Positions 24,781 through 33,868 of a DNA stretch of 44,240 nucleotides are shown piece by piece. The translations under genes and the position numbers were made by a program. The first letter of the stretch is position 1. Every line of letters begins with the position of its first letter. The notes beneath the pieces were generated by a model. The model searched no databases, was not told where the DNA came from, and saw nothing but the letters and a program-made list of their open reading frames with translations. The stretch lies in assembly GCA_026387155.1 (NCBI GenBank), contig JAPLMF010000019.1:1-44240 (forward strand), read 5' to 3'. This DNA is from Candidatus Omnitrophota bacterium. Lineage in GTDB: Bacteria; Omnitrophota; Gorgyraeia; 2-01-FULL-45-10.

Positions 24781-24817
24781 TTGTATTCTATGACTCTCTG
24801 TTTCGAGGCGAAATAAG

Positions 24818-24894
24818 TGGCGTCCCTGGCCTGATTCGAACAGGCGACCCTCTGCTTAGAAGGCAGATGCTCTATCCAACTGAGCTACAGGGAC
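24818..24894 (-). tRNA. tRNA-Arg (UCU); its last 11 nt form att core copy 3
   Basis: Reverse complement GTCCCTGTAGCTCAGTTGGATAGAGCATCTGCCTTCTAAGCAGAGGGTCGCCTGTTCGAATCAGGCCAGGGACGCCA. Anticodon loop CTTCTAA. Confidence 0.9.
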
Positions 24895-24931
24895 GCGTAA
24901 ATCTTATATTCACCAGTATATATTATTAAAC

Positions 24932-25008
24932 TGGTCGGGGCGGACAGATTTGAACTGTCGACCTTCTGGTCCCAAACCAGACGCGCTAGCCAGCTGCGCT
25001 ACGCCCCG
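24932..25008 (-). tRNA. tRNA-Pro (UGG)
   Basis: Reverse complement CGGGGCGTAGCGCAGCTGGCTAGCGCGTCTGGTTTGGGACCAGAAGGTCGACAGTTCAAATCTGTCCGCCCCGACCA. Anticodon loop TTTGGGA. Confidence 0.9.
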
Positions 25009-25009
25009 A

Positions 25010-25618
25010 TTATGCCACAGAACATTTCAAATATCTTTTTAAAAATTCACGTGCCTTCTTAAGCGCTTTGGAGCGGTGGCTCATCTTATCTTTAGTTTTA
25101 AGTCCCAGCTCTCCGAAGGTCTTGCCGTACCTTGGTATCAGAAATAACGGATCGTAACCAAAACCGTGTCTACCTTTAGAGGCAAACGCTATCCTTCCTT
25201 TGCAACACTCCTCTATCACCTTCACAACCCTGCCGTTATCGGCTATCGCTACGGCACAGATGAACTTTGCTTGTCTTTTTCCGGCAGACAACCCCGCCAA
25301 AAGATGGAGGAGCTTCTTATTATTATCTTTATCGCGCTTTTTTGGCCCTGCAAATCTGGAGGACCTTACCCCCGGAGCCCCACCGAGCGCATCCACGGAC
25401 AAACCTGAATCGTCGGCCAGAACAAGCCCTTTGGTAAATCTGGACGTCACAACAGCCTTCTTTGAGGCATTGGCCTTAAACGTCTTGCCATTCTCCACTA
25501 TCCGCGGCGAATGCTCGAATTCGTCGAGCGACACCACGCCGGCGCGCATATTCTTTAAATATCTTTTAAGTTCGCGAAGCTTGCCAGCATTCTTTGTCGC
25601 TATGACGAGCTGCCTCAT
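25010..25618 (-). CDS. rdgB: dITP/XTP pyrophosphatase (RdgB/HAM1 family)
   Basis: 202 aa: [12 protein letters not shown]..., DDSGL.VDALGG.PG..S.R..., FGYDP.F. Confidence 0.9.
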   Translation of the reverse strand: MRQLVIATKNAGKLRELKRYLKNMRAGVVSLDEFEHSPRIVENGKTFKANASKKAVVTSRFTKGLVLADDSGLSVDALGGAPGVRSSRFAGPKKRDKDNNKKLLHLLAGLSAGKRQAKFICAVAIADNGRVVKVIEECCKGRIAFASKGRHGFGYDPLFLIPRYGKTFGELGLKTKDKMSHRSKALKKAREFLKRYLKCSVA

Positions 25619-26346
25619 ATTTTCAGAATGCCTTTTAGTACCTTCTTCTGCGCTGATATGAGCTCCCCGATGCCTTTCTTCGCCAGGACCAGGAGCTCGT
25701 CCATCTGGCTCTTTGTAAAAGGCTCTCTCTCCGCCGTGCCCTGTATCTCTATAAACTTATCGCCCCCGGTCATTATCACATTCATATCTACTTCGCAGGT
25801 TGAATCCTCGTCGTAGTCAAGATCCAATATCGCAGCGCCCTCAAGTATGCCGACGCTTATTGCGGCGACATAATCGGATACCGGCACCTTATTTATAACG
25901 CCCTCCTTATGTATCTTTTCGAGAGCCAGTACCATCGATATAAAACTCCCCGTTATGCTGGCACAGCGCGTCCCGCCGTCGGCCTGTATCACATCGCAGT
26001 CCACCCATATCGTGCGCTCGCCGAGCGACTTCGTGTCGACTACCGTCCTCATGGAGCGGCCTATCAGGCGCTGTATCTCCATCGTCCGCCCGCCGAGCTT
26101 GCCTTTGGCCGCCTCTCTCTGTACGCGCGTCTTACATGAGCGGGGTATCATGCCGTACTCCGCTGTGACCCAGCCCACACCTTTGCCTTTAAGGAACGGT
26201 GGTACCGAACCCTCTATAGTGGCGGTAGTTATGACCTTCGTGTCGCCGAGTTCTATGAGACATGAACCTTCCGCGTACTTTATGTAATCCTTTGTTATCT
26301 TAAGATCCCTTATTTTGTTACTTGGTCTTTTGTCGCGCCTGGTCAT
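25615..26346 (-). CDS. rph: Ribonuclease PH
   Basis: 243 aa: [38 protein letters not shown]. Confidence 0.92.
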   Translation of the reverse strand: MTRRDKRPSNKIRDLKITKDYIKYAEGSCLIELGDTKVITTATIEGSVPPFLKGKGVGWVTAEYGMIPRSCKTRVQREAAKGKLGGRTMEIQRLIGRSMRTVVDTKSLGERTIWVDCDVIQADGGTRCASITGSFISMVLALEKIHKEGVINKVPVSDYVAAISVGILEGAAILDLDYDEDSTCEVDMNVIMTGGDKFIEIQGTAEREPFTKSQMDELLVLAKKGIGELISAQKKVLKGILKI

Positions 26347-26866
26347 ATATGTCTCTTCCTTTTGTGTCGATGCCCACTATGAGCGGAAAATCCTTTACCT
26401 CGAGCTTATGTATAGCTTCGGTTCCCAGCTCTTTAAAAAGTATAGGACGGCACGACTTCACCTTCATGGATAACAACGCGCCCAAGCCTCCGGTCGCGAT
26501 AAAATATACGCACCCGTGTTTAACGATCGCCCTGCGGACCTCTTCGGACCTGCCGCCCTTGCCTATCATCCCGCGAAGTCCTAGTTTTAAGAGTTCGGGC
26601 GTGAACGAATCCATCCTCGAGCTCGTTGTGGGGCCGCATGAGCCGATAGGCCTCCTGGCAGGGGCCGGCGCCGGGCCCGCATAATATACGACGGCGTCGA
26701 CCAGGTTTATCGGGAGTCTTTTACTTTTACTCAGGATATCATGCAGCCTCTTATGGGCGGCGTCTCTGGCTGTAAATATTATTCCGCTTAAGAGCACCTC
26801 GTCACCCACCTTCAGAGCTGCGGCTTTTTCCTTAGTGATCGGTGTATTTAATTTTATTTGGCTCAT
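26318..26866 (-). CDS. Class I fumarate hydratase / tartrate dehydratase, beta (C-terminal) subunit
   Basis: [37 protein letters not shown]. The start at MSQIKL (26866) overlaps the alpha-subunit stop (ATGA). Confidence 0.85.
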   Translation of the reverse strand: MSQIKLNTPITKEKAAALKVGDEVLLSGIIFTARDAAHKRLHDILSKSKRLPINLVDAVVYYAGPAPAPARRPIGSCGPTTSSRMDSFTPELLKLGLRGMIGKGGRSEEVRRAIVKHGCVYFIATGGLGALLSMKVKSCRPILFKELGTEAIHKLEVKDFPLIVGIDTKGRDIYDQARQKTK

Positions 26867-27705
26867 AATATCTTCGAAGCGCCTCGCGTCGCATGGCAAC
26901 TTACATTCACGGCGACCGGAAGGCCGGCTATGTGCGTAGGATATTCAAGTATATTGACCCCGAATACGGTGGTCTTCCCGCCCAGCCCCATCGGGCCGAT
27001 ACCCAAAGCATTTATCTCAATTTCTAGCTCTTTCTCAAGCTTTGAAATATGCCGCCTTGCGTTACTTTTATCGATCGGATTCGTAAGGGCCTTCTTCGCC
27101 AGGTATGCCGCTTTTTCGAATGTCCCCCCTATGCCTATCCCAAGCACTAGCGGCGGGCAGGCGTCCGGCCCGGCATTCTTTACCACATCTATGACGAACT
27201 TCTTTATATCTTCTACTGACGATGTCGGATTGAACATCCTGATCTTGCTCTTATTCTCGCTGCCAAATCCTTTTGGGGATATCGTCACCTTCATCTTGTC
27301 CCCGTCGACTATATCGGTAAATATCACGCAAGGGGTATTCGTCCTGGTATTGTTCCTTAATAAAGGATCATCAACGACTGATTTGCGCAAATAGCCTTTG
27401 TCATAAGCCTTCCGGACGCCGTCGTTAACGGCGTCTTCCAGATTGCCGCCGGTTATCCTGACATCGATTCCGATATCTAGGAATACCGAGACCATACCCG
27501 TATCCTGGCAGATAGCTATCTTTTTATCTTTGGCCACGCGCGCATTCTCGACTATCGTCTTTAAGATGCCCTTGGCGCGAGCATTGGTCTCCTTCTTGTA
27601 TGCGCGCTTTATAGCTCCCAGCACGTCCTTACGAAGCTCGAAGTTCGCCTTAAGGCAAAGATCACTCACCGTATCACGTATCTGTGAAACCGCTATCTCT
27701 CTCAT
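26863..27705 (-). CDS. Class I fumarate hydratase / tartrate dehydratase, alpha (N-terminal) subunit
   Basis: 280 aa from MREIAVSQI: ICQDTGMVSVF, SPKGFGSEN, PPLVLGIGIGGT. In the ORF track it is fused in frame to the upstream queF reading frame. Confidence 0.85.
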   Translation of the reverse strand: MREIAVSQIRDTVSDLCLKANFELRKDVLGAIKRAYKKETNARAKGILKTIVENARVAKDKKIAICQDTGMVSVFLDIGIDVRITGGNLEDAVNDGVRKAYDKGYLRKSVVDDPLLRNNTRTNTPCVIFTDIVDGDKMKVTISPKGFGSENKSKIRMFNPTSSVEDIKKFVIDVVKNAGPDACPPLVLGIGIGGTFEKAAYLAKKALTNPIDKSNARRHISKLEKELEIEINALGIGPMGLGGKTTVFGVNILEYPTHIAGLPVAVNVSCHATRGASKIL

Positions 27706-28086
27706 ATTTTGTACTCTGCGTTGACCGTCGTTTTTATCCCGCCGCGGGCGTTCACCTACTATCTCCATCGACCTCGGTTTACATGACCTGACGCAGTCCT
27801 CCAGTATCTTATTTACGACATTTTCATTGAATATTCCTACGTCCCTGTAAAATATTGTATACATCTTGAGTGATTTAAGCTCAAGACATAGCTCATCAGG
27901 TATGTACTTTATCATTATATTCGCAAAATCCGGCAGTCCGGTCTTAGGACAGATGCAGGTAAATTCCGGTATATCAATGGTTATAGTGTAGTCCTTATCG
28001 GGATATTGGTTCTTCCAGGTCTCTATGACCGGTGTCCTCAAGTTCCTGACCTTACCCTGCAGCCCCTCGTACGAAGATCGCTTCAT
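27702..28086 (-). pseudogene. queF: NADPH-dependent 7-cyano-7-deazaguanine reductase (QueF type I) with a frameshift near the 3' end
   Basis: FTCICPKTGLPDF and ELKSLKMY are QueF motifs. After ...MEIVGE (~27751) the canonical C-terminus ARGGIKTTVNAEYKI* is found only in the +1 frame. That frame ends with a TGA overlapping the fumA ATG. Confidence 0.75.
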
Positions 28087-28787
28087 TTAACACCCAGCTT
28101 TTTATGCATTTGCGATATCACCCGTATGTTATCGATGTTATGTTTAAGCCCTATCTCGACGAACTTCATCAAAGCGTCGTTATCCAACATCTTCTCTTCT
28201 TTCTTCAAGGGTGAGGCCGGCTGTATGACGAACGGTATGTTCCCCTTTATCCTCTTCACCAGTTCCACAGCCTTCACAATATCGGCTTTGGTGGTATTCT
28301 CGGTCACGATCGTCTTTACGAAAGTCTTCTTCCATGACGCTATCCTTAAGAACTCCAGATGCTCATCCCAAAACGGCCTCTCGCCGGTAGATGACGGAAG
28401 CTTAAAGTCCATAGCCACTATGTCAACCGATTCTATCACTTTATCGAGTTCCCGAGGCAGCGTGCCGTTCGTCTCCAGATACGTCGTCATGCCTGCTTTT
28501 TTCAGAAGCCCAAGAAAAGATTTCAGAAATTCCGAATATACCAGAGGCTCGCCTCCGGTAATAGCTACCGAGTGGTGCGGCCCCTTGGAAAGCTCTAAGT
28601 ACTTAACTTCGCTTAATAGTTCGAGCGGCGTATATTCTGTGGCCTTACCGTCCCTAGGCTCGTCGCAGTAGGAACATTTCAGGTTGCACTGCTTAAAACG
28701 AATGAATATCTGCCGCGCGCCAAGGAATACCCCTTCGCCCTGTATAGAGGAGAATATGTCTACTATATCCGCTTTGACTTTGCTCAT
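28083..28787 (-). CDS. queE: 7-carboxy-7-deazaguanine synthase (radical SAM)
   Basis: IFSSIQGEGVFLGARQIFIRFKQCNLKCSYCD. Confidence 0.9.
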   Translation of the reverse strand: MSKVKADIVDIFSSIQGEGVFLGARQIFIRFKQCNLKCSYCDEPRDGKATEYTPLELLSEVKYLELSKGPHHSVAITGGEPLVYSEFLKSFLGLLKKAGMTTYLETNGTLPRELDKVIESVDIVAMDFKLPSSTGERPFWDEHLEFLRIASWKKTFVKTIVTENTTKADIVKAVELVKRIKGNIPFVIQPASPLKKEEKMLDNDALMKFVEIGLKHNIDNIRVISQMHKKLGVK

Positions 28788-29461
28788 ATATTTAATCCAA
28801 AGTGAGGATCTTTTATTCCGGCCTCCTTAAAACCTTTGGCCCTCAAGATACAGGAGTCGCACTCACCGCAAGGTTTCACGCCGCCCCGGTAACATGATCC
28901 CGTAAATTCAAACGGCACGCCTAATAAACCACCCAACTTTATTATACCGCTCTTCGTCTTATCGATGCGCGGAAATTCTACTAAGAGTCTACCCTCAGTG
29001 CCCGCCTTCGTCCCCAGCCGCATCGCCTCGGCGAACTTTTCGAGATACCCTTTTCTGCAATCCGGATAACCACTCGAATCTTCCGAGTGCGCGCCTATGA
29101 ATACCTTACTAGCCCCTATAGCCTCAGCATACGAGGCTGCAATGCTTAAAAATATACTATTCCTGGCTGGAACATAGGTAGAAGGTATTCCCGACCTTAT
29201 CTCTCTAATAGTCCTCTTCACGGGAAGGATCATCTGTTTATCCGTAAGGCTTGAACCCTTCCAGGGAAATTTCAGGCTTACGGCTTCAAAGTGCGCTTTG
29301 GCCAACGCGGCTATTCGTTTCGCGCCGGCTATCTCTTTTAAGTGCCTTTGCCCATAATCGAACGTCAGCGCAAAACATTCGTAGCCTTTGTTTATGGCAT
29401 AAAACAGCGTAACGGCTGAGTCTAGCCCGCCGGAAAGGAGGACCACGGCTTTCTTTGCCAT
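28784..29461 (-). CDS. queC: 7-cyano-7-deazaguanine synthase
   Basis: VVLLSGGLDSAVTL PP-loop and a C-terminal CGECDSC zinc site. Confidence 0.92.
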   Translation of the reverse strand: MAKKAVVLLSGGLDSAVTLFYAINKGYECFALTFDYGQRHLKEIAGAKRIAALAKAHFEAVSLKFPWKGSSLTDKQMILPVKRTIREIRSGIPSTYVPARNSIFLSIAASYAEAIGASKVFIGAHSEDSSGYPDCRKGYLEKFAEAMRLGTKAGTEGRLLVEFPRIDKTKSGIIKLGGLLGVPFEFTGSCYRGGVKPCGECDSCILRAKGFKEAGIKDPHFGLNI

Positions 29462-29471
29462 ATGACGCGCC

Positions 29472-29831
29472 CTACTCCTCCGAATATGTGGCGCAGGAAT
29501 CCGCGTTCTCCCACACCGATATCGATTTTAAATTCTTATTATTCTTTTTCACACTGTCGTATATGAACTTCGCTATATTCTCGGAAGTCGGGTTTATATC
29601 TTTAAGCTCGTCGATTTCATTTAAATACGCATGGTCGAGTTTTTCTATGGCTTCACTGACTATTCTCTTGGCCTCTTTAAAATCTATGGCCATACCATCC
29701 TTGCCCAGGGTCTCAAATAAAAAGCGTGCTTCGACTACCCAGTTATGGCCGTGCAGATGTTCGCATTTACCGTGATAGTCCTTCAGGTTATGCGCGGCGC
29801 TGAAGTCGGCCTTTATCTTTATTTTATACAT
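29472..29831 (-). CDS. queD: 6-carboxy-5,6,7,8-tetrahydropterin synthase
   Basis: FSAAHNL..Y.GKCE.LHGHNW. I prefer the MYKIKIK start (29831), which avoids overlap with murI. The ORF track start at 29858 is also possible. Confidence 0.85.
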   Translation of the reverse strand: MYKIKIKADFSAAHNLKDYHGKCEHLHGHNWVVEARFLFETLGKDGMAIDFKEAKRIVSEAIEKLDHAYLNEIDELKDINPTSENIAKFIYDSVKKNNKNLKSISVWENADSCATYSEE

Positions 29832-29836
29832 ATGCC

Positions 29837-30634
29837 TTAATCTTTCCTTTTTGCGCAATCAATGCGCCGTTTCAGAAAATGCTCGCCTATCTTTATAAAT
29901 CTTGCCGGCTCATCGCTTGAGAAAAACTTATGACCACCTAAAGCTTGAGACTTATTCAGTGCGCCGCTTGCATCGAGAAGTTCCTTGGCCTCCTTGGCGA
30001 CCTCCATGGCTGAATCGATGAGGGACACCTTAGGCCCCATAACCTTTTCTATTACATTTTTAAGGAGCGGATAATGGGTGCAGCCCAAAATCAGCGTATC
30101 AACCTTCTTCGTCCTTAAAGGTTTTAAATATATCCCGGCGATATCCTGAGCCACCTTCTTATCGACCCACCCCTCCTCGGCGAGCGGCACAAATAACGGG
30201 CAGCTGGCAGTATAGACTTTCAATTTCTTATCGATCCTCTTCACCGCGGCCTCATATGCTCCGGACGATATCGTCGCATTGGTACCTATGACGCCTATAC
30301 GGCCGCTCCGCGTTGCGCTAACCGCTTCCCTGGCGCCGGGACCTATGACGCCGATCATCGGCACCCTGAAACACCTCTTCAAGAATTCCAGACTAAGAGA
30401 TGAGGCGGTATTACATGCTACAAGCACGAGTTTCACATCGTGAGTCATCAGGAACTCTACATTCTCCACAGAGAATTTTGTTACCGTCTCCTTGGATTTT
30501 GTGCCATATGGTACTCGCGCGGTATCTCCGAAATAGACTATATTCTCGGCGGGCAGGTACTTCCATACTTCACTAACCACGGTCAACCCCCCAACCCCGG
30601 AATCGAATATACCTATCGGCCTCTGGTCACTCAT
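29837..30634 (-). CDS. murI: Glutamate racemase
   Basis: IGIFDSGVGGLTV, ACNTAS, GCTHYPLL. Confidence 0.92.
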   Translation of the reverse strand: MSDQRPIGIFDSGVGGLTVVSEVWKYLPAENIVYFGDTARVPYGTKSKETVTKFSVENVEFLMTHDVKLVLVACNTASSLSLEFLKRCFRVPMIGVIGPGAREAVSATRSGRIGVIGTNATISSGAYEAAVKRIDKKLKVYTASCPLFVPLAEEGWVDKKVAQDIAGIYLKPLRTKKVDTLILGCTHYPLLKNVIEKVMGPKVSLIDSAMEVAKEAKELLDASGALNKSQALGGHKFFSSDEPARFIKIGEHFLKRRIDCAKRKD

Positions 30635-31770
30635 CTGTGGCTAAAACCCTCCGTGCGCTCGTATTCATTCTTATACTTCAATACTCCGGCCGCCACCGAT
30701 TCCGCTATCCTGTCCAGGAACGTCGGATCCTGAAGTTTGACCTCCTCGGTCCTGTTACTTAAGTATCCGACTTCGACCAATACCGCCGGCATGTGTGTAT
30801 GCTTCAGTACGTAGAACCGTGCGCTCCTGACCCCCCTGACACATGAGGTCCTAGCCCCCTCGATCGCATCACATACGTAGCTGGCGAGCTCCGAAGATTC
30901 CTCTCTATTCTCGGTCAGGGCAAGGTCCCAGAGCGTCTTGTCAAGCTGCCTTGAGTGCTCCACGGTCGCTCTTTCGTTCATAGAAAGCGATGAATCCTCA
31001 AAAGCTTCCAGTGCTCTGGCATTATCGTCAGTGGCTTCCGAAAGGTGATAACATTCAAAACCGTTAAGCAACTTGGAGCGCGATGCATTTATATGCACGC
31101 TCACGAAAAGATCGGCCTTTGCGCGGTTAGCTATATCTGCTCTCGTCGGCAGCGGTATAAATGTGTCATCCTTGCGCGTATATATTACTCGAAGGCCGGA
31201 CCCCTCCAGTATCGATCCGAGCTTTTTAGCAATAGCAAGCGTCATCTGCTTCTCTCTTAATCGCAACCGCCTGCCGGTGGCCCCGGGATCCTTCCCTCCG
31301 TGGCCGGCATCGATAACTACGGTCCTTATACGATATATCCTAGGGCGCTCTATAACTTCCGGAAGGGCCGTCACCTCTCTGGTTTTTACCCCCACAATAC
31401 TGCCGAAATCCTTATTCACGAACGACATTGGCACATATATCTGTCCGGAACTTAATACCGCCGATCTGTCCATCTTTTTGTGTGCGCCATTAACTAGTAT
31501 CGTGCCGGACCCTGCCCTCAAAACGATCTCATTAACCCCCTTCTCGATCTTAGCCGTGCCTATATAACTGTCCCATTTATACCGAACATCATAGGATCCG
31601 CATAATTTCTCGAGTGGTATATATTGCGCACCATCGATAGTCCTAGCGCCGGCCAGGACCGATGGATCGGCCTTAAAATACGCTCTCTGGCTGGCGCATC
31701 CGGCAAGAGCCATGGCCAAAAAAGCCAGTATACTAATCACGGTATAATATTTGTATTTGTATGTTTGCAT
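30631..31770 (-). CDS. N-acetylmuramoyl-L-alanine amidase (Amidase_3) with an N-terminal lipoprotein signal and stalk domain
   Basis: LAGCAS lipobox, VVIDAGHGGKDPGA, SVHINA. Confidence 0.85.
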   Translation of the reverse strand: MQTYKYKYYTVISILAFLAMALAGCASQRAYFKADPSVLAGARTIDGAQYIPLEKLCGSYDVRYKWDSYIGTAKIEKGVNEIVLRAGSGTILVNGAHKKMDRSAVLSSGQIYVPMSFVNKDFGSIVGVKTREVTALPEVIERPRIYRIRTVVIDAGHGGKDPGATGRRLRLREKQMTLAIAKKLGSILEGSGLRVIYTRKDDTFIPLPTRADIANRAKADLFVSVHINASRSKLLNGFECYHLSEATDDNARALEAFEDSSLSMNERATVEHSRQLDKTLWDLALTENREESSELASYVCDAIEGARTSCVRGVRSARFYVLKHTHMPAVLVEVGYLSNRTEEVKLQDPTFLDRIAESVAAGVLKYKNEYERTEGFSHR

Positions 31771-31790
31771 TATAGTACTCGTGAATTAAA

Positions 31791-31873
31791 TGGTGCGGAG
31801 AGGGGGAATTGAACCCCCATGGTTTCCCATACGGTTCTGAGCCGTACGCGTCTGCCAGTTCCGCCATCTCCGC
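31791..31873 (-). tRNA. tRNA-Leu (CAG)
   Basis: Reverse complement GCGGAGATGGCGGAACTGGCAGACGCGTACGGCTCAGAACCGTATGGGAAACCATGGGGGTTCAATTCCCCCTCTCCGCACCA. Anticodon loop CTCAGAA and a long variable arm. Confidence 0.9.
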
Positions 31874-31949
31874 ACAACTCTATATCTCTTGTCCCGCCTC
31901 ACAGCTACTCTAGGGCCGTGGCGGGGCATCTCCGCACACAGAATAGTTA

Positions 31950-31978
31950 AGTATACCGTAAATGATTATGAGTGTCAA
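31950..31978 (-). promoter_or_regulatory. Promoter of tRNA-Leu
   Basis: On the minus strand: TTGACA (31978-31973), a 17-nt spacer and TATACT (31955-31950). Confidence 0.65.
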
Positions 31979-32034
31979 TCCGGCTAAATCCGGGCATCCC
32001 GAGATGGAATAAGAAATGGAATAGAGGGTTTGCT

Positions 32035-32490
32035 TTATCTTGAGTTTTTCGGGTGGCTTCCGAACTTAACATTGAGCTTCTCAAGCGGTTTCTGGATTTT
32101 CTCGGAGAATACATTCGATGCTACCCAATCCTTGGCTCGGGAACTTGCGGACGATATGAGTACTTTTGTATGAGACGCATCCACCTCTTCGAAAAATATG
32201 CCGGCTGGAGTACCGTTAAGAGATAAGCAATATACGGCTATCATATTCTTCTCCCGGGCATAAACTTGCGTATCGGGCATCTTCGCCACCAGGGCCAGCG
32301 TCTTTTCATAGCATGTCTTATAGTCGTACTCGAAGATCTTCGAGAAAGCGTCCTTCTTCAGCTCTTCCAGCTCACTGGTCGATACGGCAAAGAATCCCTT
32401 AAACACATCCGCCGGCGTAGCAGAATACAATACCCTTGTGTTTAAGAGTATCGACAGCCCTATCACCGCAAAAACTATTTTTATCTTCAT
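32035..32490 (-). CDS. Hypothetical exported protein
   Basis: 151 aa with an N-terminal signal peptide. Its start overlaps the der stop (ATGA). Confidence 0.5.
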   Translation of the reverse strand: MKIKIVFAVIGLSILLNTRVLYSATPADVFKGFFAVSTSELEELKKDAFSKIFEYDYKTCYEKTLALVAKMPDTQVYAREKNMIAVYCLSLNGTPAGIFFEEVDASHTKVLISSASSRAKDWVASNVFSEKIQKPLEKLNVKFGSHPKNSR

Positions 32491-33785
32491 TTCGTGAACT
32501 TTACCCTGATAGGTACCCCTTCGAGATCCAGTTCAGATCTCAGAAAATTCTCTATCTGCCTCTTCATATTATCTTTTATCAGATTTACATCCTTGGAAAC
32601 CACGGTAAATTCAGGCGGCAGTGCGCTCTCCTGCCGGATAGATTTGAATTTTATATTATTGTATCGTACCTCGCCCAGCTCATTCAATGACTCCAATATA
32701 TCGGAAAGTTTTTCAGGGGCGATGATGGCATTCGACCTTTCATAGGCCGACCATATGGCGTCGAGCGATGTCGTCACGTTCTTTTTGGTCTTACACGACA
32801 TAAATATTACAGGGTAATTCCTAATGGCATTCATCTTCTTTATAAGCATCTCTTTACATTTCTTGTCACTTACACCTTCATTCAGGTCCCATTTATTTAC
32901 CGCCACGACAAGCGCTTTGCCGGACTTTATCACAAAATCTATAACCCGCCCGTCGTCTTCTCTCAGGCCGTCATAACCGTCTATGATTATCATCGCCACA
33001 TCGGCGCGTTTTATCGCCTCTTTTGATCTGACGCTGCCATAGAAATCGGCCGATTCTTTTATTTTAAGATCATGCCGTATCCCGGCGGTGTCTATCAAGA
33101 TGTAGTCCTTGCCTTTATAATTAAAATCTGTGTCGGTAGCATCTCTGGTGGTGCCGGCGATATGATGAACTATCGCCCTCTCCTCTTTAAGAAGGGCGTT
33201 AAGATACGACGACTTGCCTACATTCGGCCGACCGACTATCGCGACCTTTACGGCCTTTTCATTCGGCGTTTCGGCTGATTGCCCGATCTCGGCGACCGCT
33301 CGGTCAAGCAGATTATCTATGCCCGTATTATGCGTGGCCGAAACGGAGTACGGGTCTGCCAAGCCGAGCGAGAAGAACTCAAGCGCTCTTCCGGAGACGG
33401 ACTTGTCATCTATCTTATTCACCACTAGATATATCTTCTTAGATGTCTTCCTGAGGCGCGACGCGAGCTCAGTGTCCTGAGGCGTTATTCCAACTGACCC
33501 GTCGGTAACGAAGAGTATCATATCGGCTTCCTCGATCCCGGCATGCAGCTGCTTTAATATAAGCTCCGTCATGTCATCATGGAGCTTCGCTTCGAATCCG
33601 CCGGTATCTATAAGCGTAAACTCTCTATCCTTCCATCTGATATCGGCATAGAGTCTATCACGGGTAGTGCCGGATCTTGGCTCGACTATAGCCCTTCGAT
33701 CACCGACGATGGCGTTAAATAACGATGATTTACCTACGTTGGGCCTTCCTACTATAGCTATCTTAATCAATTTGTTCTTTGTCAT
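32487..33785 (-). CDS. der: Ribosome-biogenesis GTPase Der (EngA)
   Basis: Two G domains (GRPNVGKSSLFN and GRPNVGKSSYLN) plus a KH-like C-terminus. Confidence 0.95.
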   Translation of the reverse strand: MTKNKLIKIAIVGRPNVGKSSLFNAIVGDRRAIVEPRSGTTRDRLYADIRWKDREFTLIDTGGFEAKLHDDMTELILKQLHAGIEEADMILFVTDGSVGITPQDTELASRLRKTSKKIYLVVNKIDDKSVSGRALEFFSLGLADPYSVSATHNTGIDNLLDRAVAEIGQSAETPNEKAVKVAIVGRPNVGKSSYLNALLKEERAIVHHIAGTTRDATDTDFNYKGKDYILIDTAGIRHDLKIKESADFYGSVRSKEAIKRADVAMIIIDGYDGLREDDGRVIDFVIKSGKALVVAVNKWDLNEGVSDKKCKEMLIKKMNAIRNYPVIFMSCKTKKNVTTSLDAIWSAYERSNAIIAPEKLSDILESLNELGEVRYNNIKFKSIRQESALPPEFTVVSKDVNLIKDNMKRQIENFLRSELDLEGVPIRVKFTK

Positions 33786-33812
33786 GGACGTTATTATACC
33801 ATTAATGTAAAC

Positions 33813-33845
33813 AAAAAGGGCTGAACTTTATCTTCAGCCCTTTTT
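33813..33845 (-). terminator. Bidirectional-type intrinsic terminator
   Basis: AAAAAGGGCTGAA-ctttatc-TTCAGCCCTTTTT. Confidence 0.7.
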
Positions 33846-33868
33846 GATACTTAAGACGACAGCCTTTA

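Larger units (their letters stand above)
18545..24817. mobile_element. Element C: ~6.3-kb integrated island (pseudopilin cargo plus recombinase module) adjacent to the intact tRNA-Arg(UCU)
   Basis: Bounded by att core copies 2 and 3. Its arms are homologous to those of element B. Confidence 0.7.

Noticed and set aside
25166-28671. Plus-strand ORFs overlapping rdgB, rph, fumAB, queF and queE (e.g. 25200-25661, 26858-27394, 28006-28671)
   Set aside because: They lie antisense to a tightly packed operon of recognisable genes. Their Ser/Pro/Arg-rich translations are typical of shadow frames.
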